Origin: an uncultured Bacilli bacterium
Lineage (GTDB): Bacteria; Bacillota_I; Bacilli_A; RF39; UBA660
Assembly: GCA_947632085.1 (NCBI GenBank)
Contig: CANRNY010000010.1
Coordinates: 2,488-66,487 of the forward strand
Direction: 5' to 3'
Length of the DNA stretch: 64,000 bases
Part shown: in pieces, positions 38,973 through 48,895 of the stretch
Numbering within the stretch: position 1 is the stretch's first letter
Layout: every line of letters begins with the position of its first letter
The notes under the pieces: model-generated
What the model was told of the DNA's origin: nothing
The model's database searches: none
The model's input: only the letters and a program-made list of their open reading frames with translations
Position numbers and translations under genes: made by a program

Positions 38973-39326
38973 CTAACTAATAGTATTTATTTCGTTATAT
39001 AAGGCTTCAATATTTATATTTTTACTTAGTAAGATATTGTAAGCAATACTATCTTGATTACTAAGAATAGATAGGATACTTTCTTTAATAGATTTATTAG
39101 AGTTTTTTATTTCTCGTAATATAGGAGTATAAAGTATATATGAACTTTCTTTATAGGAAGTACCTATTATTTCAATAATATATTTTTTAAAGGTATCATA
39201 GGAGATTATTTGACTAGAATACTTTTTTAAGTAAGCTAGTAGAAAGTGTTCTGTTCCAACATATGGTTGTTTTAGATTAAGCATTTCGTTTTCTGCGATA
39301 GTAAATAGTTCATTCATTTTTTTCAC
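38973..39326 (-). CDS. Stand-alone Clp N-terminal (Clp_N repeat) domain protein
   Basis: The QPYVGTEHFLLAYLK motif is typical of ClpA/B/C N-domains. Only 117 aa, with no AAA+ module. Confidence 0.65.
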   Translation of the reverse strand: MKKMNELFTIAENEMLNLKQPYVGTEHFLLAYLKKYSSQIISYDTFKKYIIEIIGTSYKESSYILYTPILREIKNSNKSIKESILSILSNQDSIAYNILLSKNINIEALYNEINTIS

Positions 39327-39384
39327 CTAATAAAATATATGCTTAAAGAATTAAAAAAAGAAGTTTTATTACAAAACTTCTTTG

Positions 39385-40821
39385 TTACATTAATATAGCA
39401 ACAGATAAAATAATAAAGACTACTATAATTAAAGCAACGACAAATTTCCAAATGTATTGTAACCATTTAACATATGGAATATCAGCATATGTTAAAGCTG
39501 TTAATAATAAGAAACTTGTTGGGACAAAGACAGCAGCAATAGCAGCACCTAAATGCCAGATAAGAGTTGCTGATGCTAAGTCATCCATATAAGTAACAAT
39601 TAAATAAGTACCATATGCATTACCAAATGTTGTATAATCGACACATAAAGTAAAGGCGATAATAGATATAAATGTTAAAGTAAAAATATTGAATGTTCCT
39701 TTACCAAATAAAGCATTAACAAATGTAATTGGCCAGTTATATCTACTTATCATCATTAAGATAACAAAACTAAAGCCATAAATAAATGCTACTTTAGAAA
39801 TCTTTTTAAGACCTAAACCAAAATTTCTAACAAAAACATCTAAAGAAGTTTTATTGATTATAGCAATAATAATGGTTAAGACTAGGAAAGTAAAGGTACC
39901 AAATACTAATTCTTGATTTTCACCAAAGCCATTAATAGTTGTTCCCAATAAAGTAGAGAATATTGGTGTATCATTAACAGTAGCAAAACCAGTAAATTTG
40001 CTATGAAGTTCTGAGAAGAAGGTAATATTAAAGCTTTCTTTCCAATCAATATAAGCTAACATAGTAATTACTAAGGTTAAGATAAACATAATAATATATG
40101 GCCATACTTTAACTTGTCTTCTTTTTGGGACTTTTGAATCATTTAATTCTTCTGGACAGAATAAATCATATTTACCGCCATCTTCTGATTTTTTATATTT
40201 ATTCATATATAAGATAGCAAATAAATTAAATAATATATAAGCAGCACAGAAAATAATGATTCTTAATGGTAATAGTAAAGATACTGGTTGTGGTAAAGTA
40301 TCTAATAAACTATTAATACTTTCTAGACCATAGGTACCAACTGTTTGCCCTATAAGACCAATAAATAAACCACCAAAGGCTGCACTAACTGCTGTTAGTT
40401 TTTTACATCCAGTTCTTAAGAAGACAGACATAATAAATGGTACTATACAAAATAAAGCTAATAATTGATCAGTTATTGAAGTATAAATACCCATTAGTAA
40501 GGTAATTACTAACATAGCTATAGCTTCTTTACCCTCAATTAGTTTGGCTGTTTTATCAACTAATTTACGATAAGCTTTTGTTTGAGTTAATACTCCATAA
40601 CAGCCACCAATACTTAATATATAAGCAACATTAATCATTATAGCTTGATTAGTAAAAGTATAAAAAACAGCATATAAGATATCGTATAATCCGGCTTGTA
40701 ATTTACCATAGTCATTAAATACTCCTGAACTATAATATCCACCTGGAACAAACCAAGATAAGATAGCAATAAATAAAATAGCAATACATACTAGTATTAT
40801 CTTATCACTTTTTTTCTTCAT
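39385..40821 (-). CDS. Polytopic transporter-like membrane protein (YfcC/DcuC-like)
   Basis: 478 aa with more than 10 TM segments. The N-terminal pattern resembles the YfcC family. This assignment is from memory. Confidence 0.55.
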   Translation of the reverse strand: MKKKSDKIILVCIAILFIAILSWFVPGGYYSSGVFNDYGKLQAGLYDILYAVFYTFTNQAIMINVAYILSIGGCYGVLTQTKAYRKLVDKTAKLIEGKEAIAMLVITLLMGIYTSITDQLLALFCIVPFIMSVFLRTGCKKLTAVSAAFGGLFIGLIGQTVGTYGLESINSLLDTLPQPVSLLLPLRIIIFCAAYILFNLFAILYMNKYKKSEDGGKYDLFCPEELNDSKVPKRRQVKVWPYIIMFILTLVITMLAYIDWKESFNITFFSELHSKFTGFATVNDTPIFSTLLGTTINGFGENQELVFGTFTFLVLTIIIAIINKTSLDVFVRNFGLGLKKISKVAFIYGFSFVILMMISRYNWPITFVNALFGKGTFNIFTLTFISIIAFTLCVDYTTFGNAYGTYLIVTYMDDLASATLIWHLGAAIAAVFVPTSFLLLTALTYADIPYVKWLQYIWKFVVALIIVVFIILSVAILM

Positions 40822-40898
40822 TATTGTAACCTCCCTTAAAAAAATTATAGCACAAATAATCGATTTTAGACAGAAAAGTAAGTGAAATAATGATTATA

Positions 40899-40930
40899 AT
40901 AAAAAAAAGATAAAGATTACTCTTTATCTT
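40899..40930 (-). terminator. lysS rho-independent terminator
   Basis: Perfect 10-bp stem AAGATAAAGA, 4-nt loop, TCTTTATCTT, followed by T8 on the minus strand. It overlaps the lysS stop. Confidence 0.85.
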
Positions 40931-42413
40931 ATGATCTATCTTTCATTGTTGGGAATAATAGAACGTCTCTAATTGATTCTTGTTCTAGGAATAACATACA
41001 AAGTCTATCGATTCCATATCCAATACCACCAGCAGGAGGCATACCATATTCTAAGGCTTCAACGAAATCCATATCTATATCGTTAGCTTCTTCATTACCT
41101 AAATCTTTTTCTTTTAATTGATCTTCGAATCTTTCTAATTGATCGATTGGATCATTTAACTCAGTATAGGCGTTAGCAAACTCTTTACCAGCAATAAATA
41201 GTTCAAAGCGATCAACAAATCTTGGATCTTCAGGATTCTTTTTAGTTAATGGGCTTATTTCAACTGGATGACCATATAAGAATGTAGGTTGAATTAAGGT
41301 CTCTTCAACATATTTTTCAAAGAATAAATTAATTATATGACCAACAGTATGTTCATGCTCAGCAACTTCTATATGGTGTTCTTCAGCTAGTTTAAGAGCT
41401 TCATCAACAGTCATTTCCTTTTTGAAATCAATACCAGTTTTTTCTTTTATAGCATCAACCATACTAACTCTTTTCCAAGGTCCTTCTAAGTTAATATCAT
41501 AACCACTAAATTGATAATTCATTTTACCCATAACATCTTTAGCAATAGTTTGGAACATATTTTCAGTTAAATCCATCATACCTTGTAAATCACTATATGC
41601 TAAGTAAGCTTCCATTAAGGTAAATTCTGGATTGTGTTTTGGATCCATTCCTTCATTTCTAAATACGCGACCGATTTCATAAACAGCTTCCATACCACCA
41701 ACTAATAATCTTTTTAATGGTAGTTCTAGAGCAATACGTAAGTACATATCTAAATCTTGAGTATTATGATGAGTTATAAATGGACGAGCGCTAGCACCAG
41801 TTAGTAAAGTAGAAAGAATTGGAGTCTCTACTTCAGTAAATCCTTGATTATCCATAAAGTTTTGAATACATCTAATTATTTTTGGTCTTAAGAAAGCAAC
41901 TCTTTTAGATTCATCATTCATTATTAAATCGACATAACGTCTTCTATATCTTTCTTCAATATCAGTTAAACCATGGAATTTCTCTGGTAATGGTTTTAAA
42001 GCTTTAACTAAATGAGTATATTCTAAACATTTGATTGTTAACTCACCAGTTTTAGTTTTCATAATCTTACCATGAACACCGACAATATCCCCAACATCTG
42101 CACTTTTAAATAAGTTATATGCATCTTCACCAATATCGTTAATAGAAATATATATTTGGATAGGACCTGTTTTGTCTTTAATAGTAAAGAATGATGCTTT
42201 ACCCATTTTTCTAATGAACATTATTCTTCCTGCTACTGTTGCTGTATCATCCATACTTTCAAAGGCATCATGTTCAACATCAGCATATTTTTCTTTTAGT
42301 TCACTAGCAAAAGCATCCCTTTCAAATCTATGACCAAATGGGTCTAGACCAAGCTCTTTTAATTTTTCCGCTTTTTCTCTTCTTACTAATTCTTGTTCTG
42401 TAAATTCACGCAT
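40929..42413 (-). CDS. lysS: Lysine--tRNA ligase (class II)
   Basis: 494 aa. N-terminal OB-fold region and class II motifs ([15 protein letters not shown]). Confidence 0.97.
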   Translation of the reverse strand: MREFTEQELVRREKAEKLKELGLDPFGHRFERDAFASELKEKYADVEHDAFESMDDTATVAGRIMFIRKMGKASFFTIKDKTGPIQIYISINDIGEDAYNLFKSADVGDIVGVHGKIMKTKTGELTIKCLEYTHLVKALKPLPEKFHGLTDIEERYRRRYVDLIMNDESKRVAFLRPKIIRCIQNFMDNQGFTEVETPILSTLLTGASARPFITHHNTQDLDMYLRIALELPLKRLLVGGMEAVYEIGRVFRNEGMDPKHNPEFTLMEAYLAYSDLQGMMDLTENMFQTIAKDVMGKMNYQFSGYDINLEGPWKRVSMVDAIKEKTGIDFKKEMTVDEALKLAEEHHIEVAEHEHTVGHIINLFFEKYVEETLIQPTFLYGHPVEISPLTKKNPEDPRFVDRFELFIAGKEFANAYTELNDPIDQLERFEDQLKEKDLGNEEANDIDMDFVEALEYGMPPAGGIGYGIDRLCMLFLEQESIRDVLLFPTMKDRS

Positions 42414-42465
42414 AGTTTCACTCCTCTTTTTTTACATTCTAAGTATAACATTTTTTATTAAAAAA

Positions 42466-43455
42466 TCAATGTTCATCAGGCATTTCATCTATCTCTTCAG
42501 GAATTAATTGCATTATTAAACATTTTCTATCATCTTTGCTTTGTTCTAAGTCCTTCATTTCTTTAACTAGTGATTGGACTTCATTAGCAATTGGATTAGT
42601 TCCATTATAGAAATCTAAATAAGCATCTGGAATACTTGTTGCAAAGCCATAACTTTTAATTATTTCGTTTAGTTCTTCTGTCGTTAGTTGACGAGCAAAA
42701 GGCCAAAAGTCAACGTAGTTACCTTTTTTATTAACATATGCTGTTTTAACATAACGAGTAATATAATTACTCTTTTGTAAGTTATATGCACCATTTAAGA
42801 TAACCGACATAAGACCATAATCTCTAATTGTTGATAAGGTATAGCCCATTTCTTCAGAATTAAATTCATATTTAGTATAGTATTTTGATGTACGTGGTAG
42901 AAGACCTCTTTTATCGTATCCATTTTTAGAACTTTGTTCATCAATAGATAGAACATCTATCTTTTTAGTATGAAAACTATAGATAGGAGTATGACCATCT
43001 ACTTCACGATACATTTGTTGATATCTAATATCACATAAAGCATCATTTTCTGGATTATATTGGACATAATAAACAAAGCCATCATAACCATCAGTATCTT
43101 TATGAGATAGTTTTTTAGTACCTATTAAGTGTTCTTTTTTAGATTCATCTACCATATATGTCGTACCATCATTATTATAATAGAAGAAGTTAGAACCTAG
43201 TTTTATCATCCCAATACTTTTATCTTCCTTTAGTTGAAAAGGAATAATTTCATAATGTTTATAATAGTTTTTGATATAAAGACAATTTGGCCCATCACAA
43301 ACAATAAAATTAATATTATCTTCATCTAAGACAGCATAAATAATTACTTCTTTTTCACCAAAATACTCATAAACATGCCCCATTATATTGGGAATGTGTT
43401 CAATAACATCATCTGTACATCTAATTATCTTCGCCATCTTGTATTTCTTCTCCAT
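42466..43455 (-). CDS. Hypothetical protein (329 aa), tandem paralog B
   Basis: Shares YVQYNP.ND, YQQ.Y, FHT, TL.DYG, ITRY and GF.TSIP motifs with 43421..44398. The true start may be 43437. Stop codon is TGA. Confidence 0.65.
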   Translation of the reverse strand: MEKKYKMAKIIRCTDDVIEHIPNIMGHVYEYFGEKEVIIYAVLDEDNINFIVCDGPNCLYIKNYYKHYEIIPFQLKEDKSIGMIKLGSNFFYYNNDGTTYMVDESKKEHLIGTKKLSHKDTDGYDGFVYYVQYNPENDALCDIRYQQMYREVDGHTPIYSFHTKKIDVLSIDEQSSKNGYDKRGLLPRTSKYYTKYEFNSEEMGYTLSTIRDYGLMSVILNGAYNLQKSNYITRYVKTAYVNKKGNYVDFWPFARQLTTEELNEIIKSYGFATSIPDAYLDFYNGTNPIANEVQSLVKEMKDLEQSKDDRKCLIMQLIPEEIDEMPDEH

Positions 43456-44398
43456 CCATTGTAAATTTTAAAACTACTGGACTACCATTAGTGTAATCTT
43501 TTGTTTCTTCAATAGGTTTTAATAAATCTGATAATTCTTGATATGTTCTTATTTCTGGTAATTCGTTATTATGGTAATCAACTAATAATTTAGGTATAGA
43601 TGTGTTGAATCCTAATGATTCAAGATATTCTTTTATTTCTTCTATTTTATATTGATTACAGAATGGGAATAATGATATAGCTTGATAGTTTTTAGTAATA
43701 AATAATTCACGATAATATCTTGTTATATCATTTGAACCTTGTAAGCTAACAACATCTTGACCGATAGTTGCGCCTACACCATAATCTTTAAGAGTAGCTA
43801 AAGTATAAAATAATGGTTCATCTCGATAATCAAAAGTTCTTTTAATATATGTTTTAGAACAGAAAGGTAATTTAACACCTTTATCTCTTAAAAGAACATG
43901 TTTTTCTATCTTGATTTGGAAAGGTACTCTAGTATGGAATTCATATATTCTAGCTTTATTACTATAAATATTTTGTTGATACATTATCATAACACGCATA
44001 TCATTTGTAGGATTATACTGAACATAACATATCATACCATTATATCCTTCGTTATCAGGGCCATTAGGTCTTTCAAAGAAATCTAGACATTCTGTCATAC
44101 CATCTTCACGTCTTTGAAATACTCGACGCTCACCTTGAGGATGCATTTCATAATCATCAAAGGCAACATCAGCAACTTGATAATTATCATCGACAGTAAA
44201 CATTTGATAGCCGACTACTTTTTCGTCAAGTTCAAATATTGTAAAAAGATTTTCTACACGATGAAGAATTTTTTCTTCACCATCAATATTAATTTTATAA
44301 TAAACTCCATTCACACTTTGAAATAATTCATAGCATGCTTGAAATATAGGTTGATATTTTTGAACATCTTCAGATGTTAATTCACCAATTGTTATCAT
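43421..44398 (-). CDS. Hypothetical protein (325 aa), tandem paralog A
   Basis: Collinear motif set with 42466..43455. Its 3' end overlaps the start of the downstream paralog. Confidence 0.65.
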   Translation of the reverse strand: MITIGELTSEDVQKYQPIFQACYELFQSVNGVYYKINIDGEEKILHRVENLFTIFELDEKVVGYQMFTVDDNYQVADVAFDDYEMHPQGERRVFQRREDGMTECLDFFERPNGPDNEGYNGMICYVQYNPTNDMRVMIMYQQNIYSNKARIYEFHTRVPFQIKIEKHVLLRDKGVKLPFCSKTYIKRTFDYRDEPLFYTLATLKDYGVGATIGQDVVSLQGSNDITRYYRELFITKNYQAISLFPFCNQYKIEEIKEYLESLGFNTSIPKLLVDYHNNELPEIRTYQELSDLLKPIEETKDYTNGSPVVLKFTMDGEEIQDGEDN

Positions 44399-44454
44399 AT
44401 TTTCACCAGCTTTTGCGCTTTATTATAACTTTTTTTATATATTAAGACAATAAA

Positions 44455-44483
44455 AAACAGAAAATATTTTTTATTTTCTGTTT
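44455..44483 (-). terminator. typA rho-independent terminator
   Basis: AAACAGAAAATA, 5-nt loop, TATTTTCTGTTT. It overlaps the typA stop and has T-rich flanks. Confidence 0.7.
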
Positions 44484-46282
44484 AATCTAAATCTTTCATC
44501 TGGATCAAGAACTTTTTTTCTTAATCTAATTGCACTAGGTGTTATTTCAACATATTCATCTTCAGCAATAAATTCTAATGCTTCTTCTAAAGTAAATGTT
44601 TTAGGTCTAATTAAAGCAATTGCTTCATCACTACCTGATGCTCTAGTATTGGTTAATTGTTTGTTTTTACATGGATTAACATTTAAATCATTATCACGAT
44701 TATTAATACCAACAATCATACCAACGTATACTTCTTCAGCTGGTCCAACAATTAAAGTACCACGATCTTGTAAGTTAAATAGTGAGAAACCTAATGTCTT
44801 ACCATTTTCCATAGAAACTAGGACACCATTTTTACGACCATTTATTTCGCCAACATAAGGTTTATAATCATCGAAACTACGAATCATAACACCTTCACCT
44901 TTAGTATTAGTAATAAAGGCGCTACGATAGCCGATTAAACCACGAGTTGGAGCACTGAATTCTAAATGAACATAATCGTTTTCATCATTATTAACGACTT
45001 CTAAAGTGGCTTTTCTTTCTTGTAAATCATTAATAATTGTTCCTGAGTATTCGGATGGGCAATTAACAATAACTTTTTCAAATGGTTCACATTTATGACC
45101 ATCTATTTCTTTATATAATACTTCTGGTTTAGATACACTTAATTCATAACCTTCACGACGCATATTTTCTAGTAAGATAGATAAGTGTAATTCACCACGA
45201 CCAGATACTTTATAACCATCTGAATCTGGTAATTCTTCGACTTCAAGACCAACATTAGTTTCTAGTTCTTTTTCAAGTCTTTCTTTAATATGACGATTAG
45301 TTAAGAATTTACTTGCTTTATCTTTACCAGCAAATGGGCTTGAATTTACTAAGAAATCCATACTTAAAGTTGGTTTTTCTATAATAATTGGATCCATTGG
45401 ATCTATATGATCTTTATCACATACTGTATCACCAATTGAAATATCTGGACATCCAGCAAATGTTATAATGTCACCATAGAAAGCTTCATCTTTTTCAACT
45501 CTTTTGATTCCTTCTTCAACAAATAGTTTAGATATTCTAAATGATGAGATTGAACCATCGTTTCTTGATAAAGCAACAGTCTGTCCATTTTTGATTTTTC
45601 CTTTAGTAACACGACCAATTCCTAAACGACCAATGAATGAATCGTAATCTAGAGAACTTACTTGTAATTGTAATGGATCATTTTCATTTCCTTCATATGG
45701 TTTGCATTGTTTTAAGACAACATCTAATAATGGAGAGATATCTGTTCCAGGTGTATCTAATGACATTTGGGCAATACCTTCTCTAGCAATACCATATACA
45801 ATTGGGAAATCTAATTGTTCATCAGTAGCATTTAGTTCCATAAATAAATCAAAAGTCATATCAACAACAGCTTGTGGACGTGCATCTTTTTTATCTATTT
45901 TATTAATAAATAGAATTGGTCTTAAGTTTTGTTCTAAAGCTTTCTTTAAAACGAATCTTGTTTGAGGCATAGGTCCTTCAGCTGCATCTACTAAAAGAAT
46001 AACAGTATCTACTGTTTTCATAATACGTTCTACTTCAGATGAGAAATCAGCATGTCCTGGTGTATCAACAATATTAATCTTATAATCTTTATATCTTATA
46101 GCACAGTTTTTAGAATAGATAGTAATACCTCTTTCTCTTTCAATATCATTACTATCCATTACACAATCGACAACTTCTTCATTAGCTCTAAAAACGCCAT
46201 TTTGATTAAGTAAAGCATCAACTAGTGTACTTTTACCAGCATCAACATGTGCCACTACCGCTATATTAATTATTTTATCCAT
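44471..46282 (-). CDS. typA: Translational GTPase TypA/BipA
   Basis: 603 aa. [14 protein letters not shown] and NKID G-motifs, with EF-G-like domain architecture. Confidence 0.97.
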   Translation of the reverse strand: MDKIINIAVVAHVDAGKSTLVDALLNQNGVFRANEEVVDCVMDSNDIERERGITIYSKNCAIRYKDYKINIVDTPGHADFSSEVERIMKTVDTVILLVDAAEGPMPQTRFVLKKALEQNLRPILFINKIDKKDARPQAVVDMTFDLFMELNATDEQLDFPIVYGIAREGIAQMSLDTPGTDISPLLDVVLKQCKPYEGNENDPLQLQVSSLDYDSFIGRLGIGRVTKGKIKNGQTVALSRNDGSISSFRISKLFVEEGIKRVEKDEAFYGDIITFAGCPDISIGDTVCDKDHIDPMDPIIIEKPTLSMDFLVNSSPFAGKDKASKFLTNRHIKERLEKELETNVGLEVEELPDSDGYKVSGRGELHLSILLENMRREGYELSVSKPEVLYKEIDGHKCEPFEKVIVNCPSEYSGTIINDLQERKATLEVVNNDENDYVHLEFSAPTRGLIGYRSAFITNTKGEGVMIRSFDDYKPYVGEINGRKNGVLVSMENGKTLGFSLFNLQDRGTLIVGPAEEVYVGMIVGINNRDNDLNVNPCKNKQLTNTRASGSDEAIALIRPKTFTLEEALEFIAEDEYVEITPSAIRLRKKVLDPDERFRLNRK

Positions 46283-46430
46283 ATAACTTCCCCACTTCTT
46301 TTATAAAATCCAAGGTACACAATACCACATTTTGGGGTAAAAAACAAGTTTATTTATGGATTATTGGGATTATTTAACACTTAATACCATTTTATCTTTG
46401 ATTTTTTAGAATTTTGCCAAAAAATTATGA

Positions 46431-46477
46431 GTTATCGACCACTTTTTGACTTTTTATATACAAAATTGGTCGATAAC
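46431..46477. repeat. 11-bp perfect inverted repeat with a 25-nt spacer
   Basis: GTTATCGACCA (46431-46441) and TGGTCGATAAC (46467-46477). It is relatively GC-rich for this intergenic region. Confidence 0.9.
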
Positions 46478-46556
46478 TGCCGTGGTTTATAAAACTCTAA
46501 TATTAATGTATTTAATCAAATATGTATATTTTGAATGATTCTTTTTATTTTAAAAG

Positions 46557-47021
46557 TTATTTATAATATTTATTTATAATTTTACATATTTCTTCTATAT
46601 TATCTTTACTACTTGTTGGAATATGTACATTTTTTTTCTCTACCTTTATTCTTTTTAATTCATTTCCTATTTCATTAAGTTCCAAAAAATAAAAGTTTTT
46701 AGTCAAAATACTTACATATATTAAAATAATCGGAATATTTTTTTGATAAGCATAATAGGCGTTTGACGAAGAAATAGCGCAACTAATCATGTTTGGTGTT
46801 CTTATTAATGGTTGTATTATCTTTTGGGTTCCTTTTATTTGTATAAAAGCTATTTTCCCTGTCGGTCTGTCGTTTTCAAACATTTCAATCAAACCATCTA
46901 TTCCATAATCTCTTTCTGTAATATCCCTATATATTAAAACTCCATCATTATAAGCATCAATTTGAGATCTTATATAATCCTTAGAATTTGTTTCAATTTT
47001 ATGTGATTTAACTCTTGCCAT
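46557..47021 (-). CDS. DUF4365-like / PD-(D/E)xK-type nuclease-fold protein (154 aa)
   Basis: ERDYGIDGLIEMFEN...GKIAFIQIKG matches the DUF4365 core as I recall it (D...E/Q-x-K arrangement). The RBS AAGGAAAAAG and ATG lie 13 nt after the upstream stop. Confidence 0.55.
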   Translation of the reverse strand: MARVKSHKIETNSKDYIRSQIDAYNDGVLIYRDITERDYGIDGLIEMFENDRPTGKIAFIQIKGTQKIIQPLIRTPNMISCAISSSNAYYAYQKNIPIILIYVSILTKNFYFLELNEIGNELKRIKVEKKNVHIPTSSKDNIEEICKIINKYYK

Positions 47022-47034
47022 TTCTTTTTCCTTA

Positions 47035-48810
47035 TTATAATTTTTCTAAAACTTTTATATAGGTCATCACTTTTGAGTAATTAGCAATTTTCTTTGTATA
47101 AAAGGCCATTTCGTTAGTATTATATACAAGTTTTTCTGTATTTTTTGCAATTGTATCCATTTTTATATTACTTACAATTAATTCATTCTGAATCTCTCTT
47201 AAAGATTTATTCACTTCTTTTAATTCTTTGTATAAATAATATTGATTTTCCGTTATTTTATCCAGTTGTTCGATTATTGTATCTGCTCTTATTTCTTGCT
47301 CGTACATATTATAGGCACCATCGGCTCCATCTAACTTTTCGCATCTTCCAGATTCGAAGTAGTCAATAAATCTAGATACTGCAATAATATTTCTATATTT
47401 ACCATAAATAATATTATAACTATATATTTCATTTCTTAATTTTACATTATCTTCTAATAATTCTAAGATATAATTCATTTCGTATTTTATTTTTTCAATG
47501 TTTAATATATGTTCAATTTCATTTAAATTTTCTGTTTCATAACCATCTTCTAATATTTTTAATTCGTGATTTGCTTTATCAATTTTTTTAGATATTTCTG
47601 ATTTTTGTTCATTATATTTATCCATTGCTTTTTTATAATTTAATTCATTTGTTTTATTTAACTCATCATATTTGGTTTTTAAATTTTTTTTCATTTCTAA
47701 TTCATAATTGCTTTTTGCTTTTTTGTATTCTGACAATTTTTTATTATAAATTTTTAAGCTCTTTTCATATTTTTCTTTGAGTAATTCATTTTCTTCGTTT
47801 ACCTTTTTCTTGTTAAATAATCCTGGTTTTTTATTTATTGGTTCTTTTGGTTTTGATGGTTTAATTGGCACTTCTGTGTCGTCAATCGGACTCTTACCAC
47901 AAGATGGACAAACTATACTGTCTTTTGTTATTTCATTCCCACAGTGAATACATGCTACACATGATTTCTGTGGAGGTATTATTTTTATCAATTCATTATT
48001 TAGTGTTGCAATATTATTATTCAATTCAACTTTTTTATTTAATATTTTATAATTTAGATTGAAAGTTTCACAATCTGCTAAAAGCTCTTCTACTTTTAAA
48101 TCTAACTGTAAATCTTTATATCTTTGGTTTAATGAATATATATTAGTTTCAATAATTATTATTTCTTTCATATAATTTAATAATTCTTGTTTGTTATTAT
48201 ATATTTTTTCCTTATATTTATCATTGTCTTCTATTTCGTATTTATCCTTTAATTTATCTTCATAATAACTAAAATCAGTTTCCATTATGTTATCTAGTTC
48301 GTCACTAGAGTATGGAACAAAAAATAATTCATTTAAATATTTATTATACATTTCATCATAGTATGCGTACAATTTATAGTTGCTTTGCAGGTTAGATGTA
48401 TCTGGTATTGGTTTTAATATCCCCATTTTTTTTAAACTACTTTGCACAATTGAACTTAAACCGATTTCTTCTGATGTTAGGGAATTATTATATCCATTCG
48501 TATAATTAGTTATATATTGAAATTTATCTTTAATTTTTTCGGAATAATATTTATACTCAGTAAGATTACTTCTCATTTTTAGCAATATATCATCAATTTT
48601 TTTATCTTCTTCATTTAATACTGCTCCGAATACTGCATCTTCTTTTGTTATAAGTTTAGATGTTTCATAATCTACATCTATAGCCATAAAATAACCTCTA
48701 GCTATAATATTGCTGTTTATTATTCTCTCTTTAATTTCCCAAGAAGATTCATCGATTTTCATTTTATTTTTTAACACTATTTTTTCTGGTTCGTTTTCTG
48801 TTTTCTTCAT
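47035..48810 (-). CDS. Coiled-coil protein (591 aa) with a central double-CxxC zinc ribbon. No family recognised.
   Basis: CVACIHCGNEITKDSIVCPSCG sits between long K/E/N-rich heptad-like segments. No P-loop. GAGG RBS 5 nt before the ATG. Confidence 0.7.
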   Translation of the reverse strand: MKKTENEPEKIVLKNKMKIDESSWEIKERIINSNIIARGYFMAIDVDYETSKLITKEDAVFGAVLNEEDKKIDDILLKMRSNLTEYKYYSEKIKDKFQYITNYTNGYNNSLTSEEIGLSSIVQSSLKKMGILKPIPDTSNLQSNYKLYAYYDEMYNKYLNELFFVPYSSDELDNIMETDFSYYEDKLKDKYEIEDNDKYKEKIYNNKQELLNYMKEIIIIETNIYSLNQRYKDLQLDLKVEELLADCETFNLNYKILNKKVELNNNIATLNNELIKIIPPQKSCVACIHCGNEITKDSIVCPSCGKSPIDDTEVPIKPSKPKEPINKKPGLFNKKKVNEENELLKEKYEKSLKIYNKKLSEYKKAKSNYELEMKKNLKTKYDELNKTNELNYKKAMDKYNEQKSEISKKIDKANHELKILEDGYETENLNEIEHILNIEKIKYEMNYILELLEDNVKLRNEIYSYNIIYGKYRNIIAVSRFIDYFESGRCEKLDGADGAYNMYEQEIRADTIIEQLDKITENQYYLYKELKEVNKSLREIQNELIVSNIKMDTIAKNTEKLVYNTNEMAFYTKKIANYSKVMTYIKVLEKL

Positions 48811-48835
48811 ATAAACCTCGCTTATCTATAAAATA

Positions 48836-48866
48836 ATTCTACCCCCCCCCGCTAACTTTTTGTCAA
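48836..48866 (-). promoter_or_regulatory. Sigma-A-type promoter with a G9 tract in the spacer
   Basis: On the minus strand: TTGACA (48866-48861), a 19-nt spacer AAAAGTTAGCGGGGGGGGG, TAGAAT (48841-48836), then 25 nt including GAGG, then the ATG at 48810. Confidence 0.55.
48842..48850. repeat. C9/G9 homopolymer tract
   Basis: Nine consecutive C on the plus strand. This is by far the longest G/C run I noticed in this AT-rich window. Confidence 0.97.
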
Positions 48867-48868
48867 CG

Positions 48869-48895
48869 AAAAAGAAGAGTCTTTCTAACTCTTCT
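48869..48895 (-). terminator. Rho-independent terminator of the SHOCT gene
   Basis: AGAAGAGT, 7-nt loop, ACTCTTCT, followed by TTTTTC on the minus strand. It overlaps the stop at 48894. Confidence 0.7.

Noticed and set aside
47035-48810. 591-aa coiled-coil protein considered as an SMC, Rad50, SbcC or Lamassu LmuB-type ATPase
   Set aside because: There is no Walker A motif (GxxxxGK[ST]), Walker B motif or signature motif. The only GKS triplet belongs to the CPSCGKS zinc ribbon. Only the zinc-hook-like placement is similar.
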